Part shown: piece by piece, positions 25,010 through 37,000 of the stretch
How positions within the stretch are numbered: position 1 is the first letter of the stretch
Layout: each line of letters starts with the position of its first letter
Assembly: GCF_004010195.1 (NCBI RefSeq)
Contig: NC_057751.1
Span: 5,870,502-5,934,501, forward strand
Direction: 5' to 3'
From: Chiloscyllium plagiosum
Lineage: Eukaryota
DNA length: 64,000 nt
Notes under the pieces: generated by a model
What the model saw: only the letters and a program-made list of their open reading frames with translations
The model's database searches: none
Told to the model about the DNA's origin: nothing
Made by a program: the position numbers and the translations under genes

Positions 25010-26873
25010 AGGGTGAAATCTTACTTTTCTTTGGCCACATATGAGTTGTATCAGGTTATTTTGAGAGAGTCTCACCACAAGGCCCCATTAATTACCTACC
25101 CCTCCTGTGGCATTGCCCTGGTTTTTGATTCTATTCTCATCTTACCATGGACATTTTCAGAATAATTCGCCAATCAGTGGATATCTGCTGATACATCCCT
25201 TATCCCCACACCATCCTTGAAAGTTTGCTGTGCACTTGGATAAGCATTGGCAATCAAGCCCCTTGAAAAATCATGGCACTGCCCATGGCACAAGGCTGAC
25301 AATTTCACGCACATCAAGCCCTATCTCATTGCCTGCTCCAATTGTGCCTAAGCAATGGAAAAGCACATCGAGATGAGGTAGTACCTTCTTTTCAGACTGT
25401 ACTGAAGGGCAGCGACAGACCACACAAGGCAGTGGAACTCCATCCTCAGTAACCTCATACTCTGCTTCAGAATGGTTCCATTTGAAGCATGGGTAGCCTC
25501 AATCAGTATCAGTTGGGGTTGTACAATGGTGCACTGAGCCATAGTTGCAGTGTGTATCTGTTGTCTCCCAGTTTCCATCCTGGAATCTCAAATGCACTAG
25601 AAACACTAAAGTTCTCCAGGATCGAGGAATTGCTTCCAGGGTAACAGGTTCACACCTCCAGGAAGTGGTCAAGGTGATCACAGATGATCTGAACATTAAT
25701 GGAACCCTTTCAGGTTGATGAATTTTGCATCAGTATTATAATGTCCTCTCAGTGCCATGTATGTACAGTCTGTGGCAACCTGCACCTGGCGGAGCCCAGT
25801 TACGATCCTGGGCTGCAATACTGATCTTTGTCAATGGAAAAAAAATTAATTGGTGTGATATTGCACAAATGGCACAAAAGGTCTCTGTCCTGATGCATTT
25901 ATGAGTGCATGGTTGAGATAGCCCACATGGGTCACTTGTCACTTCCGGGAAGGAGCCAGTTACATAGAAGTTCAACATAGCAGTTAACTTCACAGCCAGC
26001 AGAGAGGATGTCCTCCCAGTTGGAAACAGTTTTGTCAAAGTATCTCTGGACATACAGAACCCGCACTGTCACTGAATCTCACTTTTCCCTAGGAAATGGA
26101 GGTGGTGCAGAAACACCCTGGACTGATGCAGACCTTTCCACGTTTTGTGGTGCTCTGCCACTGCTCCTGGGCAATGTCTCCTAGCAACCATGAATGAAAG
26201 GCACCTGGCCCTTGACATGAAGTGCGCATCTTGACAGTTTTCAGGCCATTTGGCATAAACCTCTAAGAAGTACAACTGTTGACCAGTGACTTGTAACTTA
26301 ATAGAATCGAAATTATTTTTTTGAAGGATTGAAGGATTCCCCACAGGTCCACAATGGATTCTTAGAATCATAGCTGTCACCTTGATGGCCATCAGGAGTT
26401 GAATAGGAGCCATGACAATGTGGTGAGGCTGGTGTGTATCCAATGCCAACTTCCATGCATGAAGAATGTAGGCAGTTTCTGCCCATGGAATTTGCCTTGT
26501 GATGTTGAGGAATTCTGGCCATGATGGACACCTAGATGTGTAAGCATCAAGCTGGAGCCACTAGGTACCCACTCAGACCTACATGTCAGGAGTTGTGGCC
26601 CTTCTCATTTCTCTCCACTACCTGATGAAATTGTGAACTTCATGCAACTTAAGTGAGATTAGACACAAATGAGATGTTAATGCATGCAAGAAGCCTACTT
26701 GCCACTCTTTTGCAAATTTCTTATTTTGCTCTTAAAACCATGGCTAGAAATTGGGAGAAAATGGAACTTAATTTTTCCTCACTGTCAAGCACCTCAATGA
26801 TTCAATCTTGCCATGATTTACCAAACTGACTCACCATTACCCACGTCACACAGAGACCGGGAAGACTCTGTCC
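25010..26873 (-). mobile_element. Harbinger DNA transposon fossil
   Basis: Contains the transposase pseudogene; terminus-like gggtgaaatctt / aagactctgtcc imperfect inverted ends. Confidence 0.6.
25350..26450 (-). pseudogene. Harbinger (HARBI1-like) DDE transposase, disrupted
   Basis: AVKLTAMLNFYVTGSF..DPCGLSQ..HKCIR; NVQIICDH..YPGS..GWKLGDNRY; HAS..ILKQSMRLLRMEFHCL..ALQYS, spread over frameshifts and stops. Confidence 0.85.
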
Positions 26874-26959
26874 AGAGTTTTAGCGCACAACTGTAGTCGG
26901 AATTGTGTTCCCAAGTATCTGCAAATGTATTGTGGAATTTGGTGCATACTTTCTTTGTT

Positions 26960-27345
26960 TATTTATGGAAGCTGGACCAACATTTATTCCATATCATCAG
27001 TTGGACTTTAGAAGGTACAGGTGTATCTTCTCATTAAAGATAACCGAATGGCTTGCTGTCTATTTCAAGGAACTGTGAAGGGTTCACCATGTTTTTCTGG
27101 ATCTAGAGTCACAAAGAGAGCAGATTGGGTAAGGACTGCAGACTTCCTCCCCAAAATGATACTGAGGAACCAGGTGGGTGTTTACTGACAATTCTGCAGT
27201 TTCATTGATAGCATTGTTGACAAAAGCCTTTTTTCTCCCAGCTTTATTTAATGAACTAAATTTCAGCCACTCAGCTGATTTATTGAGATTCTGAAGTTGT
27301 GTCTAAATCATTAGTCAGGCCTCTGGTTTATTCATTCTTAATGCA
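26960..27345 (-). mobile_element. Old tRNA-derived SINE (same family as 43753-44112)
   Basis: ggatctagagtcaca...gggtaaggactgcagacttcctccc...gaaccaggtggg similarity. Confidence 0.55.
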
Positions 27346-27446
27346 CTATTGTTTCGTCACTTGTCAGTTTTACTGAAGGAGATGGCAATTGAAAAATAAA
27401 CAGCCTGAGAGTGAAATTTTTGTTTTGCTTGCAAAGTATAAGTGAA

Positions 27447-27800
27447 CATGATGTGGAGGAGCCAGTATCGGATGGCGTGGACAAAGTTAAAAATCACACA
27501 ACACTAGTTTATAGTCCAACAGGTTTACTTGGAAGCACTGGCGTTCGGAGTGCTGCTCCTTCATCAGGTAGCTGTGGAACAGGACCATAAGACACAATTA
27601 TGAGCAAAAGATTATAGTGTCATGCAACTGAAATGATATATTGAACAAAAGTAGATTGCGGTTAAGTCTTTCATCTCAGAAAAGGTTGCAGGTTTTGGTT
27701 CATTAATATATAAATCCAAGGACTTCTTTTAAGTCACATTCTCGAGATAACATAAGGTTTGATAAAAAAAGGTGACGTCTCAGCTCAGACAATGCATTAA
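27447..27800 (-). mobile_element. Long PLE terminal repeat (family B)
   Basis: Reverse-complement homology to 58360-58560 plus 59149-59271; mutated hammerhead at 27538-27567. Confidence 0.85.
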
Positions 27801-28794
27801 AGTAAAGGTGAAGTAATGGCACAAAACTGCCGTGGAGGTAATTGGATTATGTCAGAACGGACGGACAAACATGGGAATTGTGAGATATGGAAGAACATCA
27901 AAACTTTTAGCTGTTGTGTCCACACATTTAGATGCGTTAAATTTCTTGATCGATATTCTTCAACAAAAATGAAAACAGAAAAGAAGTGAAGATGAGCAAA
28001 GGAACAGCTTCTTCCAAACATTCTGAGTGAAACTCAATACGCAAGGAGTCTTGCCTTTGATGGAAGTGATTGAAGCAGCCACCCCAGTGACAGTGCTCCA
28101 GATTTCCTAAGCTTCTCAGGCTTTGCTGACTCAGTCACAACCAACATTTGAAGGACTGAGGCTGCCAAGGTGACCTCCGTCTGCTCTGAGATTAACTAGG
28201 ATGAGAAACAAGGGTCATAAAGGCCCTTTTCTATTCCCTCCACTGTGTGAATGCTAAACACATCAGATTGCCTGTGATCACATAAAAGAAGCTTTGGCTG
28301 TTTTTCAAAGCAAAGGCCAACAAAGATATTTTCTTGTCCTTTGAATTGGCAAGCAGTCAAACATGGATCATGATGCTTAGTGCACAAGATTAGCTTAGAT
28401 TGGAGAAGTATGTGCTGAAACGCACAGAGTGAGAATTTGCACATATTGAAAACAAATTTTGCTTAAAAGCAAAATCTGTTTGAAGGCACAAACTATTTTA
28501 GTGATTTGTTTGAGATGCAAGCTTAATTTTTGAAGATACTCTGCTGGAGAGTCTTGTGTCTCATCTACAAGTTTGAAAAATAGTGACTGATTAAGATCTA
28601 AAATGCACTGTCTGAGAATGGGGTGGCTGCAGATTCAGGCATGACCTTCAAAAGAGAAAAGATTTGCAAGGCTGTGGGAGAAGGAAGGGGAATGGGACTA
28701 GCTGAGTTGCTGTTGCTGTGTGATCTGGCACAGGCTTCTTTCCATGCAGTAAAAATTCTGTTGTCCTAACCTTGTGCCAACTTCACGTCTTGTA

Positions 28795-28882
28795 ACAAGA
28801 ACAGAATTTGCTGGAAAAGCTAGGCAGTATCTGCAGAGAGAAATCAGAGTGAACATTTTGGGTCCAGTGACCCTTCCTCAGA
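28795..28882 (-). mobile_element. Short PLE terminal-repeat insert (family D)
   Basis: Minus strand CTGAGGAagggtcactggacccaAAAtgttc; homologous to 55572-55633. Confidence 0.7.
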
Positions 28883-28939
28883 TCTTGTTTCTGATTTCTG
28901 TTTTTAACCACTTCTTGTATGCCTTTATATCAAGAGAAG

Positions 28940-29112
28940 TCATGATTTGGAGATGCCAGTGTTGGACTGGGGTGTACAAAGTTAAAAATCACACCACGCT
29001 GCTCCGTCATCAGGTGACTGACAACCACCTGATGAAGGAGCAGCGTTCCGAAAGCTAGTGCTTCCAATGAAACCTGTTGGACTATAACCTGATGTTGTGT
29101 GATTTTTAACTT
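28940..29112. mobile_element. Hairpin PLE insert (family B) inside a CR1
   Basis: Inverted arms centred near 29021; TSD tatcaa(g/t)agaag at 28928-28939 and 29113-29124. Confidence 0.85.
29026..29060 (+). ncRNA. Minimal hammerhead ribozyme motif, intact core (family B)
   Basis: cac-CTGATGA-a-ggagc-agc-gttcc-GAAA-g-CTA-gtg; stem I cac/gtg. Confidence 0.7.
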
Positions 29113-29798
29113 TATCAATAGAAGAGTATAGAAGTTGGGAGGTCATGTTGCAGCTGTACAGGACATTGGTTTGGCCACTTTTGGAAAACTGTGTGCAATT
29201 CTGGTCTCCTTGCTATAGGAAGGATGTTGTGAACCTCGAAAAGATTAACAAGGATTGTGCGGGGTTTGGATAGTTTGAGCTACAGGGAGAGGCTGCATAA
29301 GCTGGGGTCATTTTTGCTGGAGCACTGGAGGCTGAGGGGTGACCTTATAGAGAGTTATAAAATCATGAGGAGCAATGGATAGGGTAAATAGACAAGGTCT
29401 TTTCCTGAGGGTAGAAGAGTCCAAAGCTAGAGGACATAGGTTTAAGATGAGAGGGGAAAAATTTAAAAGGGACCTAAGAGGCAACGTTTTCACGCAGAAG
29501 GTGATACATATATGGAATGAGCTGCCAGAGGAATTGTTGGAGGCTGGTACAATTGCAACATTCAAACATTAAAAATCACACAATACCAAATTATAGTCCA
29601 ACGCGTTTATTTGAAAGTACTGTTGGACTATAATTCTCCATCTCAAGGCATCTGGATGGGCATATGAATAAGAAGGGTTAAGAGGGATATGGGCCAAATG
29701 CTGGCAAATGGGACTGCACTAATTCAAGATATCTGGTCGGCATGGATGAGTTTGACGGAAGGGTCTGTTTCTGTGCTGTACAACTTTATGACTCTATG
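29113..29798 (+). mobile_element. CR1 LINE 3' end, with a small family-B inverted fragment at about 29570-29635
   Basis: ORF 29375-29572 MDRVNRQGLF..ARGHRFKMRGEKFKRDLRGNVFTQKV..WNELPEE. Confidence 0.9.
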
Positions 29799-29869
29799 AC
29801 CGTAGGAGGGCTGACCGCGAAAGATAGCTATTGATATCTCATTGCAGAGCAAGATGAGCAACATCATAT

Positions 29870-30295
29870 ATCGAAAAGGGTGGTGCTGGAAAGGCACAAC
29901 AGGTCAGGCAGCATCCGAGGAGCAGGAGAATCGACGTTTCAGGGATAAGCCCTTTATCAGGAATGTGGGATGGTGGAAGGGGGCTGGGAGATGAATAGGA
30001 GGATGGGGGGTTGGGGGGGGGGGGGAGGAAGATGGATGGGTAGGACAGTTTAAGAGGATGATGCTGAGTTGGAGGGTTGGATCTGGGATGAGGTTGGGGG
30101 CGGTGCAGTGGGGAGGTGAGATTTGGAAGCTGGTGAGGTCGACCTTGATGCCATGTGGCTGGAGGGCCCCAAGGTGGAAGATGAGGCGATCTTCTTCCAT
30201 ACGTTGGGTGTCTTCTATTTGCCATGGAGGAGACCCAGGACTTGTATATCCTTGGTGGAGTGGGAAGGGTAGTTGAAGTGGTTGGCCACAATGCA
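29870..30295 (-). mobile_element. Penelope-like 3' fragment (family A)
   Basis: QRMEEDRLIFHLGALQPHGIKVDLTSF endonuclease C-terminus; hammerhead at 29933-29960 with G8 mutated (CTGATAA). Confidence 0.85.
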
Positions 30296-30899
30296 ATTGC
30301 AGCCTGGTGATTTGAAAAAGAAGTTGCACCACTCCTTTTGTGAAATAATAATTGAATCCTGTTCATTTCATGGCTCATTTGCATCAAAACATAGAAACAA
30401 GCTCCATGAGTGAGAATGTCATTTTGCATTTGAAACTTTCTGAAGTCATTCTGAGATTCCTTAAGTCATGTGCTAGCAAACAAGCTTATTCTGTTGATTC
30501 TGATCAGACTGATCAAGTAGTCTTTTCGGGTCAAATTTGTTCAGTAGTATCAACCTAGCATGCAACTGTAGTTCCTTTTGAAGGAGTACGTTGAAACTGG
30601 AGGCTGACAGGAAAATTTTGTTTCTTGTAATAAAGTAATGGTTGTGAAAGGGTTTAATGATGAAGTTGCATTATATCTATCTAACCTGATCAGATCACAC
30701 ACACTTTGGGCACAGAAACAGTTAGTCTTGCATGAGGTCACTATGAAGGCAGGTTCCTAACATTGTGCTTATACCTAAATAACTACTGTTAATTGTACAG
30801 GTTTCTATTATCCAATAATCTATAACTTGTTATGTGAGACAAGCATTATTCTTGTTGAAACTCTGCAGTGGTCTCTCTTTTACCACTGATAATTAGACA

Positions 30900-31270
30900 G
30901 GCCCTGCAGCTCAAGATAGAGGTATTGAAAATCATGAAATGCTTACTTTTGGTGAATAAAGAGAACTGTTTCCTGTGGATGAACGGTTGGTAACAAGAAG
31001 GCATTGATTTATAGCAACTGATAAGAGAACCTGAAGCAATGTGAAGACTTTCTTTCAATGCAACAAATGGTAAGGAATTGGAAATTACCATTTGATAGGG
31101 TGAGGACTTGTGACTCAGAAGGAGCCTTGAAAAGAGAATTGGACAAATACTCAAAGGGAAAATGTTACACAGAACTGGGAAAAGAGCAGGGTAAGTGAGA
31201 CTAACTGGATTCTACCTCAGAAGAGCCATTACAGAGTCATTAGGCTGAATGACATCCTACCATGCTGTAT
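30900..31270 (+). mobile_element. Old CR1 3' fragment
   Basis: gataGAggtattgaaaatcatgaaa...gagaactgtttcc...gtaacaagaagg CR1 pattern. Confidence 0.6.
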
Positions 31271-31393
31271 TTTTTATTTTCCTGTCTGTCGCTTGATTTG
31301 TGGATGACATCTATTCAGGATTGTGAGTTTTTGGCCATGGGTCTTCATGCTACTCATCAGGTTGATTCTCGATTGACTGATCTTTGGGAATAT

Positions 31394-31695
31394 AAAATAG
31401 ACAGGCAGGAGGCTGGAAGAACACAGTAAGCTAGGCAGCATCAGGAGGTGGAGAAGTCGACGTTTCAGGTGCAACCCTTCTTCAGGACTTGGGGTGGGTG
31501 TGGGGGGAGCTGCAGATAAAGGGGAAGGTGGGGGCAGGTGGTGAAGTGGGAAAAGGTGAAGACAGGTAGAGGGTATGACCTGGTTGGTCAATGGGAGGAG
31601 TGAATCCGATTGGTGGCAGGGAGCAGTTGAAGGGATGGGGAGGGACTGGGAAGGGAGTCAGGGTTTTGGATTCCAGCATTTGCAGTTTTTTTGTC
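31394..31695. mobile_element. 5'-inverted PLE terminal-repeat insert (family E) with 13-bp TSD
   Basis: tctttgggaatat at 31381-31393 and 31696-31708; minus segment 31394-31662 plus a plus-strand 3' tip; homologous to 10440-10774. Confidence 0.88.
31454..31490 (-). ncRNA. Minimal hammerhead ribozyme motif, intact core (family E)
   Basis: aagtc-CTGAAGA-a-gggt-tgc-acct-GAAA-c-GTC-gactt; 5-bp stem I aagtc/gactt. Confidence 0.72.
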
Positions 31696-31965
31696 TCTTT
31701 GGGAATATGAGGCAGAGAAAGCCGTAGCTTTGCTGTGAAGACTGAACTGCAGAAGCAAAATGGGTTTCGTTGTTGCGGTCTGACACATCGCCAAAATCTG
31801 ACCCCCAACCCATCAATATCCCATGTGAGTAATGACTGTGCCCGAAGGTCTCATTTTATATGAAGTCATATGCATTATCCTACAGGGTCCAAGTGCTGTG
31901 GATAATTGGCAACGGGGTCAGGGCTGTAAACCTGGGAATGCCTTGTCAAGACTCTTGTGTGCTGC

Positions 31966-32526
31966 AAACCAACAGCCACTCTCAGACAACAACTCACCAG
32001 AACGAAGGACCCGATACCCAGCATGAGCAAAACCAGTGTAGTGTACAAAATCCCATGCAAGGACTGTAGAAAACACTCCATAGGACAAACAGGAAGACAG
32101 CTAACGAACACCAACTAGCCACGAAACGACACGACCAGCTATCCTTAGTAGCCACACACGCAGATGACAAGCAACATGAATTGGACTGGGACAACACTAC
32201 TATTATAGGACAAGCCAAACAGAGAACAGCCAGGGAATTCCTAGAGGCATGGCATTCATCCACAGATTCAATCAATAAGCACATTGATCTGGACCCAATA
32301 TACCGACCACTGCAACGGACAGCTGGAACTGACAACCGGAAGCGGCAGATTCAAACCACTACAAATGCTGGAGGAAAGATCACAGAAGCGCTTCACAGGA
32401 GGCTCCCAAGCACTAAGGATGTCACCGAGCCAGGGGACGAAACGTCTGCAACACCAATTCCCAGCTCGGTGAACAGAACCACAACAACGAGCACCCGAGC
32501 TACAAATCTTCTCACAAACTTTGAAC
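31966..32526 (+). mobile_element. Penelope-like element 3' part (family C): GIY-YIG endonuclease plus terminal repeat
   Basis: KPTATLRQQLTRTKDP..SVVYKIPCKDCRKHSIGQTGRQL..DWDNTTIIGQAKQRTAREFLEAWHS; hammerhead at 32410-32449 with CTAAGGA (G5A). Confidence 0.9.
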
Positions 32527-32589
32527 ATTGACATTAAGTCAAGGGCAGGAATACCAAGCCATAGACATGTCATCCAGCTACTCAGGGTG

Positions 32590-33190
32590 GTCAGAACCAG
32601 AATTGTCTTAACATAAGTGGGGAGAAGCCAAATGTCAGGCAGTCCACCACTTTTCTTGATCTTTCTCCTTTATTTTGAACTGTTTTCCATTGCAGTGTGA
32701 GAGAGGCAGGTATTAAAGGAAATGAAAGTAGGTGCCACAGCCGTTACTTTTGCTGCAGGTGAGAAGGTGTCTTGACCAAGTGGGTAGCTTGCGCAGAGAG
32801 TATGCAGTGTGAGTGGTGTCAGGGATTGGAGTGGGTGAACAACAAGGGAATGAAGGTGTTGCAGGTAATAATGAGACTGGTAGATTATGAGCCTTGGTGG
32901 GAGGTGGATACAATCACACCGAGAGAGTGAGTGTGAGGTGTTAGGGGGAAAATGTTGGCAACTAAGCTGGCAGAGTTGACAAGGAGTTTGACCTCCTTGC
33001 TCTGCTGCTATGTGTTCACCCAGATGGTTGAGACTGCACAAACTCAGGTGGCAATCTCAGCGCAGGCTTAGCATGGTCTGATGTTGTGGCCTCCCTTGTG
33101 GGGGATCAGGAAGTTTCACCTCTGCACCACCCTCTCAGGCAGGACCCCTAGATCCCTGCCTACAAAGTAGTTGTCAATTTGCATCTGCCC
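32590..33190 (-). pseudogene. Decayed Harbinger-type Myb/SANT gene (paralog of 70-580)
   Basis: Minus strand FVGRDLGVLPERVVQR..AEIAT*VCAVSTIWVNT*QQSKEVKLLVNSA, an intron-like CA-rich spacer, then GGLPDIWLLPTYVKTILVLT. Confidence 0.6.
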
Positions 33191-34050
33191 ACTATGTCTG
33201 AGACAAATGTCAGCAACTGTGTAGGGCGACCTCAGACTGACAGTACTTGTCTGGGTGCACAATGGGCTTTTAAAGATGGCACAGGCACAGGGTTTCTAGC
33301 CTTTCAGCAGATGTCCAGGAGTGACTAGTTGTTCCAGAAGTGGTGTGTGGTAAGATGGGGTGAGAATTTGGTCCTGAGAGATACTCTTGGTGTGCGTGAG
33401 ACAGTTAATGTGGTGCATTTGCTCAGATTGTTGAGAAAACTCACTCAGCTTCTTGATGAGAATCCTTCCAGAATCTTAATGCAGTTCAGTCTTCACCAGA
33501 AAAGAATAACATTCAGCCTGGCAAATACTGAGACAATTTGTGCACAGTGTATCTCACAAACAGCACTGAGACAACTGACCATATTATGTAGAAGGCTGCT
33601 GAGATGCAAACAGATTGCCAACTTGGCCAAACAGAAAGGAATGCTGGGTACATTGGCCAAGTAAAACAATGAAATCACAAAATCCAGACACTAGGCACAA
33701 ACAGCAACTGGGTGCTAAAGGCATTAGGAGACTGTAATGTAATGTATCCTGTCAACCGTCATTTTGATAGACACATCTCATCAACGAAACAAAGAAGGGA
33801 TGCGTATTAGGAACCAAGAAACAGACACTTGAGCCTAAAGCAATGCAACAAACATTAGCAGGATATTTCACCATTAATAAAGCCATTAAAAGCTTCAGTA
33901 GTAATTAAACAGGATTTCCTGAAGCTATAGAAAGATGCAGAAGCTTGGAGAAAAGATACAGCAAAAGGACTTGCCTGTAGATCAGGCAGAAGACCTTCCG
34001 GGGAGACCAGTGTGGAAAAGACAGAGACCAACTGAACATCTGGGGGAAAA

Positions 34051-34076
34051 GAGAGAGAGAGAGAGAGAGAGAGAGA
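34051..34076. repeat. (GA)13 microsatellite
   Basis: Directly visible. Confidence 0.95.
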
Positions 34077-35574
34077 AGCTTCATGGTGCCACAAATAGAG
34101 ACAGAAGGGGAGAGAGAGCAACTGCGTAAATCAACAAGCAATTCAGGCAGTATTGTAAGCTTAAGAAGACAAATGGGATTGGCACTAGTATTGTTTAATA
34201 TTAAAGGTTATTGTAATCTCCATCCTAATCAGGTTGAGAGTGTTTTCATTGATTCCAGCTTATGTTCGTAGTGATTTTGGAGTTGTGGGATGCCTGGGCA
34301 AATTCATTCATAATATTCTGGTTGGAGTTCTCAAGCTTGTTTAAGGAGGGATTAGACAGCCGAGTCTGTGGGAATGCTCTGATGCCTATGTTCCAGCCTA
34401 TTCTTTCCCCAAGTAATCTTATGGAATAAGATTGCCTTTCAAAATAAAGACAGAAGCTTTTTTTAGCTTTTGAGTATCTTGTAGAAAAAAATCTGCTCTA
34501 ATTACCCTGTACAATGATTGCAAAATCTCAATGTGTTCAACAATTTTGGTTATCTATGGGTATATATATGTCTCAAGGAACTTTGCAGAATAGAAACCCA
34601 AGCCGGAAGTCAGTCTCATACAATCAAAAATTGGGAGTAAACAGAGAGAAAACACATTTTGTATGTAACTTCATCGTTAATTTTATGATACCCAGCTTGA
34701 CTTTTACTTCAGTGAACTTGTCTTCCTCAAATTAGTTTCAGACATTTATTACACAGACACACATGCACGTATGTATCATGTACCCTTATAGATTGTTGCA
34801 TGGTATGTGTTAAAAGGGACTACAAATTATTTACAGCACAGATACAGCCCATTCAATTCAGTGGGTCCTTTCTGGGGTTTCCATTCTGTTTCCATTCCTC
34901 TTCATCGTACATCATCAACATATTCTCTGTTCCTTCATTCCTCAAGTACAGACCCAGCTTTGTCTTAAATTCACCTGTGCCATTTTCGCTTGATCATTCC
35001 AATGATTCTGTGTGCCAAGAAATTTCTTCTAAATCTCTGATTGAATTCATTGTTGACTCTCATTTATGACTCCTTGTTCTGGTCTCAATTCCAACTGCAT
35101 CTTCCCAAGATTTGCCCTCCCAGAAACTTAAGTAGCTCAATCTGGTCACCCCACAGGAGTTTCTTGGCTCATCCAAGCATTTTGTCCTATTATGGAATAC
35201 ATTTACTGTTCGAACCATGATTGAATAAGCCATTCTTGAAATAAAAGTTTTCAAAATGTTCGAGTTCCCAACAGAATCTGGATGAGAACATTTGTTTCAC
35301 TGTTCAATCATCATGCATACTGTGTCACTTCAATTGTGCCATTTCTCGTGTAGATGTATTCACAAATGAAATACCAAACCTCTCTTTCAGATGTTGATTA
35401 ATCTGTTGGCTTTGATATTGTTTTTATTTCAGATTTCCAGTTTGTATCTCTTCAGTTAGTTATAACTCATTACCTGGTGATGACTTGGTTTTAGCAGACT
35501 CTCTTTCACCTCTGCTCAAAGTATGTTGGCAGAGAACTCACAATCCCAGGGGCTCACTTTGGGTGCTGAAATTT

Positions 35575-35914
35575 GGGTGGCATGAATGGCTCAGTGGTCA
35601 GTACTGCTGCCTCACAACATCGGGGGCCTGGCTTCAATTCCAGCCTCAGCAACTTTCTGTATGCAGTTTTTGCATTCTCTCTGTGTCTGCGTAGGTGCTC
35701 TGATTTCCTCTCACAGTCCAAAGATGTGCAGGTTTGGTGGATTGGCAGTGCTAAATTGCTTATCGTGTCCAGGGATGGGCAGGCTAGGTTAGTCATGGGA
35801 AATGGAGGGTTAAAGTGATAGGCTAGGGGAATGGGTGTGCTTGGGTTGCTCTTAAGAAGGTCAGTGTAGACTTGATAGACCCAATGACCTGTTTCCACAC
35901 TGCAGTGATTCTAT
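35575..35914 (+). mobile_element. HE1-type V-SINE, older copy
   Basis: Homologous to 45109-45426. Confidence 0.88.
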
Positions 35915-36634
35915 GTAAATCAGTTTGGAGTTATTGTTTCAGACAGCATTATAACTTTAAGACAAGCACTGTGCATTTTGGTTCACTCTAGTTCAGGCTT
36001 CACTTTAAGGGTCAAGGACAATGTAATGGAATCATGTTACATATGCACAAAAGAGTTCCTACCCTTGAACTGCCGATAACCCCTTAACAACCATATGCAC
36101 TCTGTTAAAAGTGTTTCAGCTGGCTCAAGGGACTGCTACTTCTTTTAGTTGACCTGCATTGCTGGGGGGTAGATTAATGTGTGGGTTATTATTTCTGGGT
36201 GCGTATTCTTTGAATAAAGGGACTCACGCTGAGCACCAAATTATTGAAAGGTGGCTTTGTGCTACAATTACAATGCTGCCAATACCACCATGTGAGATGG
36301 ACAGTCAACCTGGTGAGACACCTTCACTTGGGTAAAAAATAAATGGGCATATTGGAACGAAGGTCTGTCAGAATATGGTTTGTTAACTTTCTGAGCAATA
36401 GCTGTAAATATTAAATTTGATAGATCCTCAGATGTATATCTTAGAGATTTCCAATTTGAAAGTTGATGAACAAAAGTGATTTATCAGATCATTACGAAAG
36501 ATTAGGCTGATTTTAAAAATTCAACTCAGCTTCTTGAAGCCCATTGAGAAAGACAAATGATAGCACACATTTATGACTGAGTCATCTCGATGAAGTTTAC
36601 AGGGAGGTGGCATGTGTTTCCTTCAATGTAAAGA

Positions 36635-37000
36635 ATTATGGATAGATTTAATTGAGGTGCTCCAGACGATTAAAGGATTTTTAAAGGTAGGTGTGGAAAA
36701 CTACTTCCCTCAGAACTCTTAAACAAGGAAAAACTACCTTTAAGTTAAAGCTAGACTGTTCAGGGGTGAGGTAAACAGCACTATGCATAAAAGGTGCAAA
36801 TTCTGGAACCTGCTTTTCCTGAGACGCGGGAAGGCTGGAGACTCCCTAAAATTTCAAAACTGGAGATTGAGAGTTCCATTTACGCAAAAGTATTGGCGTT
36901 CTGGTGTGCAAATGGATTTGAAATACACACTAGCCTTAATCAATTGAAATGGGGGTACAGATTTAAGGGGGCTGAATAGCCTCCATCAGTTCTGATGTTA
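36635..37000 (+). mobile_element. Old CR1 3' fragment
   Basis: gatttaattgaggtg..gattaaaggattt..aatttcaaaactggagattga CR1 pattern. Confidence 0.55.

Noticed and set aside
29839..30429. Longest ORF (196 aa) as a host gene
   Set aside because: It is an off-frame read through a Penelope 3' fragment and its C-rich tract.
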